This document shows positions 61,745-64,000 of a stretch of 64,000 bases of DNA, piece by piece. The position numbers and the translations under genes were made by a program. The notes under the pieces are model-generated. The model made no database searches. It saw only the letters and a list, made by a program, of their open reading frames with translations, and was not told the DNA's origin. The stretch spans positions 21,637-85,636 of the forward strand of contig JBHJOA010000016.1 of the NCBI GenBank assembly GCA_050330205.1. The letters are read 5' to 3'. Source of the DNA: Kiloniellaceae bacterium. Lineage in GTDB: Bacteria; Pseudomonadota; Alphaproteobacteria; Kiloniellales; Kiloniellaceae. Numbering within the stretch: the first letter of the stretch is position 1; every line of letters begins with the position of its first letter.

Positions 61745-63292
61745 TTGCGCAACGGCGTCATTCTCTATCTGGTCGACGCGATGTTCGGAAACCGCTTCTG
61801 GTTTCCGCTCTTCGAGACGCTGTACCGGAGTGAGAACTACCGCTTCGACGCGGTCTGCTTCCACCGGCATCAGCGCGAGGCCTTCCGGGACATACCGGCC
61901 TGCCGCGAGGTCTTTCCGGAGCCGGAGCTGGTGCAGGGCTACGCCGCCCTGCCGGGCCACTACGACGCCGAGCTGGCGGCCTGGGCCTCGGCGCTGGAGC
62001 AAGAGCTGGACTGCCTGATCGTCGACCTGATCCAGGCCGACCGGCACCTCGGCATCGGCTTTCAGCCGGCCGGGCTCAACAATCCGATGACGGAGAACCG
62101 CCGCCGGGCCTCCTACTGGCGGACCCTGCGCTACCTGCGTCTGCTCGACGCCCGGGTCGACGCCATCCTCGACAAATCGCAGCCGAGCGTCATCGTCACC
62201 TCGGTGGTCGCCGACCTCTACAGCAAGCTGATCTGCGCCAAGGGCCGCCGCCGCGGCATCCCCGTGCGCATGTTCAACTCGCTGCAGGTAGGCAGCACCT
62301 ACGGCTGGTACCATGACGAGTTCTGGAACCATCCACCGCTGAAGGCGCTGCTGAGGCGGAAGATCGAAGCCGCGCCGCAGACCCAGGCGGACGGCGTATC
62401 GGGCGCCGACACGCGGCCCGTCGCCGCCGCGCAGCGCGAGCCGATCTACGCGACCCACTATCTGTCGTCACTGACGAAGGGGCTGCGGCGGCGCGAGGTT
62501 CTGCGCAGCCTGCTGCGCGAGGCGAAGGTCGCCCTCGGCCGCCTGAAGACGCCGCGGCCGGACCGCCCAGGCTTTCTCGAGTCAGCGCGCCTGCAGCTGC
62601 GCATCCGGCGCCAGTACGACGAGTTGAGCCGCCGCGTCCGCCGGCAGGGTGACAGGCTGCCCGAGCGCTTCGTGCTGTTCGCCCTGCACAAAGAGCCGGA
62701 AGCCTCGACCATGGTGAAGGCGCCGGAGTTCAACCACCAGCTGGCGATCATCGACCTCGTGGCCCGCTCGCTCCCGGCCGGCTTCCTGCTGCTGGTGAAG
62801 GAAAGCATGGTGTCCCTCGGCTACCGCTCCGAGGGCTTCTACGAGACGCTGGCGGCCTACCCGAACGTGCGGCTGGCGATGCCGGACCTGCGCGCCAGCG
62901 ACCTGCTGGATCAGGCCGCCGGCGCGGTCGTCATCACAGGGACTGTCGGCCTGGAGGCCGCGCGCCTGGGCCTGCCGGTGTTCTCCTTCGGCACCCGCAA
63001 CAACTACGACGTGCTCGACCACGTCCACGTCGTCGGCGACCTCCGCGACCTGCGCAAGCTGCTGCACCGGGAACTGCTGGAGGTCACGCCCGGCGAGCGG
63101 GCGCGCCGCGCCGCTCTGGGCTCCCTCTATGACGAGTCGGCCGGCGAGATCGGCCTCGACATCGGCGAGTTCTTCGAGGCGAACCGCCGCAGCAAGGCGC
63201 CGGTGCCGCAACCGGTCATCGAGGCCTGCCTCGCGGCGCTGCGGCGCAGCCTGGCGGAGGCCGACGCGCCCTTGCGGAGGGCGGTGTCATAG
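61745..63292 (+). CDS. capsule polysaccharide biosynthesis protein (Capsule_synth, KpsS/KpsC-like), divergent
   Basis: 515 aa, TTG start. C-terminal half has the KpsS/LipB-like pattern (RFVLFALHKEPEAS..LLLVKESM..VVITGTVGLEAARLGLPVFSFG). Confidence 0.68.
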   Translation: MRNGVILYLVDAMFGNRFWFPLFETLYRSENYRFDAVCFHRHQREAFRDIPACREVFPEPELVQGYAALPGHYDAELAAWASALEQELDCLIVDLIQADRHLGIGFQPAGLNNPMTENRRRASYWRTLRYLRLLDARVDAILDKSQPSVIVTSVVADLYSKLICAKGRRRGIPVRMFNSLQVGSTYGWYHDEFWNHPPLKALLRRKIEAAPQTQADGVSGADTRPVAAAQREPIYATHYLSSLTKGLRRREVLRSLLREAKVALGRLKTPRPDRPGFLESARLQLRIRRQYDELSRRVRRQGDRLPERFVLFALHKEPEASTMVKAPEFNHQLAIIDLVARSLPAGFLLLVKESMVSLGYRSEGFYETLAAYPNVRLAMPDLRASDLLDQAAGAVVITGTVGLEAARLGLPVFSFGTRNNYDVLDHVHVVGDLRDLRKLLHRELLEVTPGERARRAALGSLYDESAGEIGLDIGEFFEANRRSKAPVPQPVIEACLAALRRSLAEADAPLRRAVS

Positions 63293-64000
63293 CGCGCGAC
63301 CACAACCTGGAGATCTGGCAGGCCGGCAGCCTGACGGGCGACTACGCCGGACGCGCGGCGCTGTATCCCGGCGAGGAGCGGTTTCTCGCCGACTACGCCG
63401 AAGAGCTGAAAGCGGCGCGCCTGCTGGACATCGGCGTCGGCGGCGGGCGCACGACGCCGCGCTTCGCCGCCGCGGTGCGCGACTACATCGGCGTCGACTA
63501 CGCGCAGTCCATGGTCGACGCGGTGCGCCGGCGCTTCGCCGGCCAACTGCCCAACGCTACCTTCCAGTGGGCCGACGCGCGCGACCTCGGCGGCTTCGCG
63601 GACGGCACCTTGGATGCGGTGGTTTTCAGCTTCAACGGCCTCGACACCCTGGGCCCGGAAGAGCGCCAGGTCTTCCTCACCGAAGCCCGCCGCATCCTCA
63701 GGCCCGGCGGCCTGCTGGCTTTCTCGTCGCACAACCTAGCCGCCCTCGACCTGGTGTTCCGCTTCAAGCGCGCGCGCAGCCTGGCCGGCCTGATCGAAAA
63801 CGCCAAACGCAAGCTGATCCAGCTGACCCGCAACCCGCCGCTGGCGCAGCTGCTGGCGCGCGACTGGGCGACGGTCTACGACGGCACCCACGGCAAGCTG
63901 CTGAAGCACTACTACGTGAAGCCGCCCGCCCAGGTCGCCGCGCTGCGCGAACTGGGCTTCGAGGCGATCCGGGTGATCGACACCAGGACCGGCGCCGAGA
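63289..64000 (+). CDS. class I SAM-dependent methyltransferase, 3' end outside the window, non-canonical (ATA) start
   Basis: Open frame not listed in the ORF track. Motif I LLDIGVGGGRTT (from 63421), then LDAVVFSFNGLD, ILRPGGLLAFSSHN. There is no ATG, GTG or TTG between the in-frame stop at 63130 and motif I. GGAGGG (63276-63281) sits 7 nt before ATA 63289. Confidence 0.65.
   Translation, partial: MARDHNLEIWQAGSLTGDYAGRAALYPGEERFLADYAEELKAARLLDIGVGGGRTTPRFAAAVRDYIGVDYAQSMVDAVRRRFAGQLPNATFQWADARDLGGFADGTLDAVVFSFNGLDTLGPEERQVFLTEARRILRPGGLLAFSSHNLAALDLVFRFKRARSLAGLIENAKRKLIQLTRNPPLAQLLARDWATVYDGTHGKLLKHYYVKPPAQVAALRELGFEAIRVIDTRTGAE

Overview
High-GC (roughly two-thirds G+C by eye) chromosomal segment. 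Gene content suggests an alphaproteobacterium, by inference: a CpdR-type receiver-only regulator, a PAS_5 protein, a Cys-poor L36 and an NDUFA9-like SDR. I call about 58 protein genes and one tRNA-Val(GAC). I saw no rRNA, CRISPR array, transposase, integrase or recognisable defence genes, so this is mostly a metabolic region rather than a mobile or accessory island. Left to right: pyk (partial), a TPR protein, glcDEF, rpmJ (too short for the ORF track) and a methyltransferase. Next is a carnitine/gamma-butyrobetaine catabolic cluster (cdhR-like regulator, BKACE, L-carnitine dehydrogenase::thioesterase fusion, acyl-CoA dehydrogenase, ADP-forming CoA ligase, caiD). Then an alpha/beta hydrolase, a Dpp-type ABC importer operon ending in a CocE/NonD hydrolase, and LysR plus choline sulfatase. 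Then an SDR plus a 939-aa adenylase-carrier-acyltransferase fusion, tRNA-Val, cpdR, an FGase-family gene, a GNAT, an SLT transglycosylase, NIPSNAP and a PAS_5 protein. Then a HIT/ACAD/GST/CoA-transferase/MaoC operon, a methyltransferase-hypothetical-YcaQ operon, a ceramidase-like protein, dgcN-dgcA, a MATE pump, a lipoprotein-RR-HK module and potFGHI. The window ends with a surface-polysaccharide locus (O-antigen-ligase-like gene, cysD-cysNC, sugar dehydrogenase and epimerase, Capsule_synth-like gene, methyltransferase). The most interesting signals not explained by protein genes are four. (1) A roughly 230-nt structured leader with explicit terminator/antiterminator/anti-antiterminator complementarity directly upstream of the HIT-ACAD-GST-CoA-transferase-hydratase operon; this is a candidate new riboswitch or attenuator. 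(2) An orphan promoter plus strong intrinsic terminator pair that predicts a ~95-nt sRNA with a CCUCCC anti-SD motif. (3) A self-contained fatty-acid adenylase-carrier-PlsC acyltransferase fusion. (4) A methyltransferase gene whose only SD-positioned start is ATA, fused to the upstream TAG stop. All functional assignments come from motif recognition by eye. No database search was possible.
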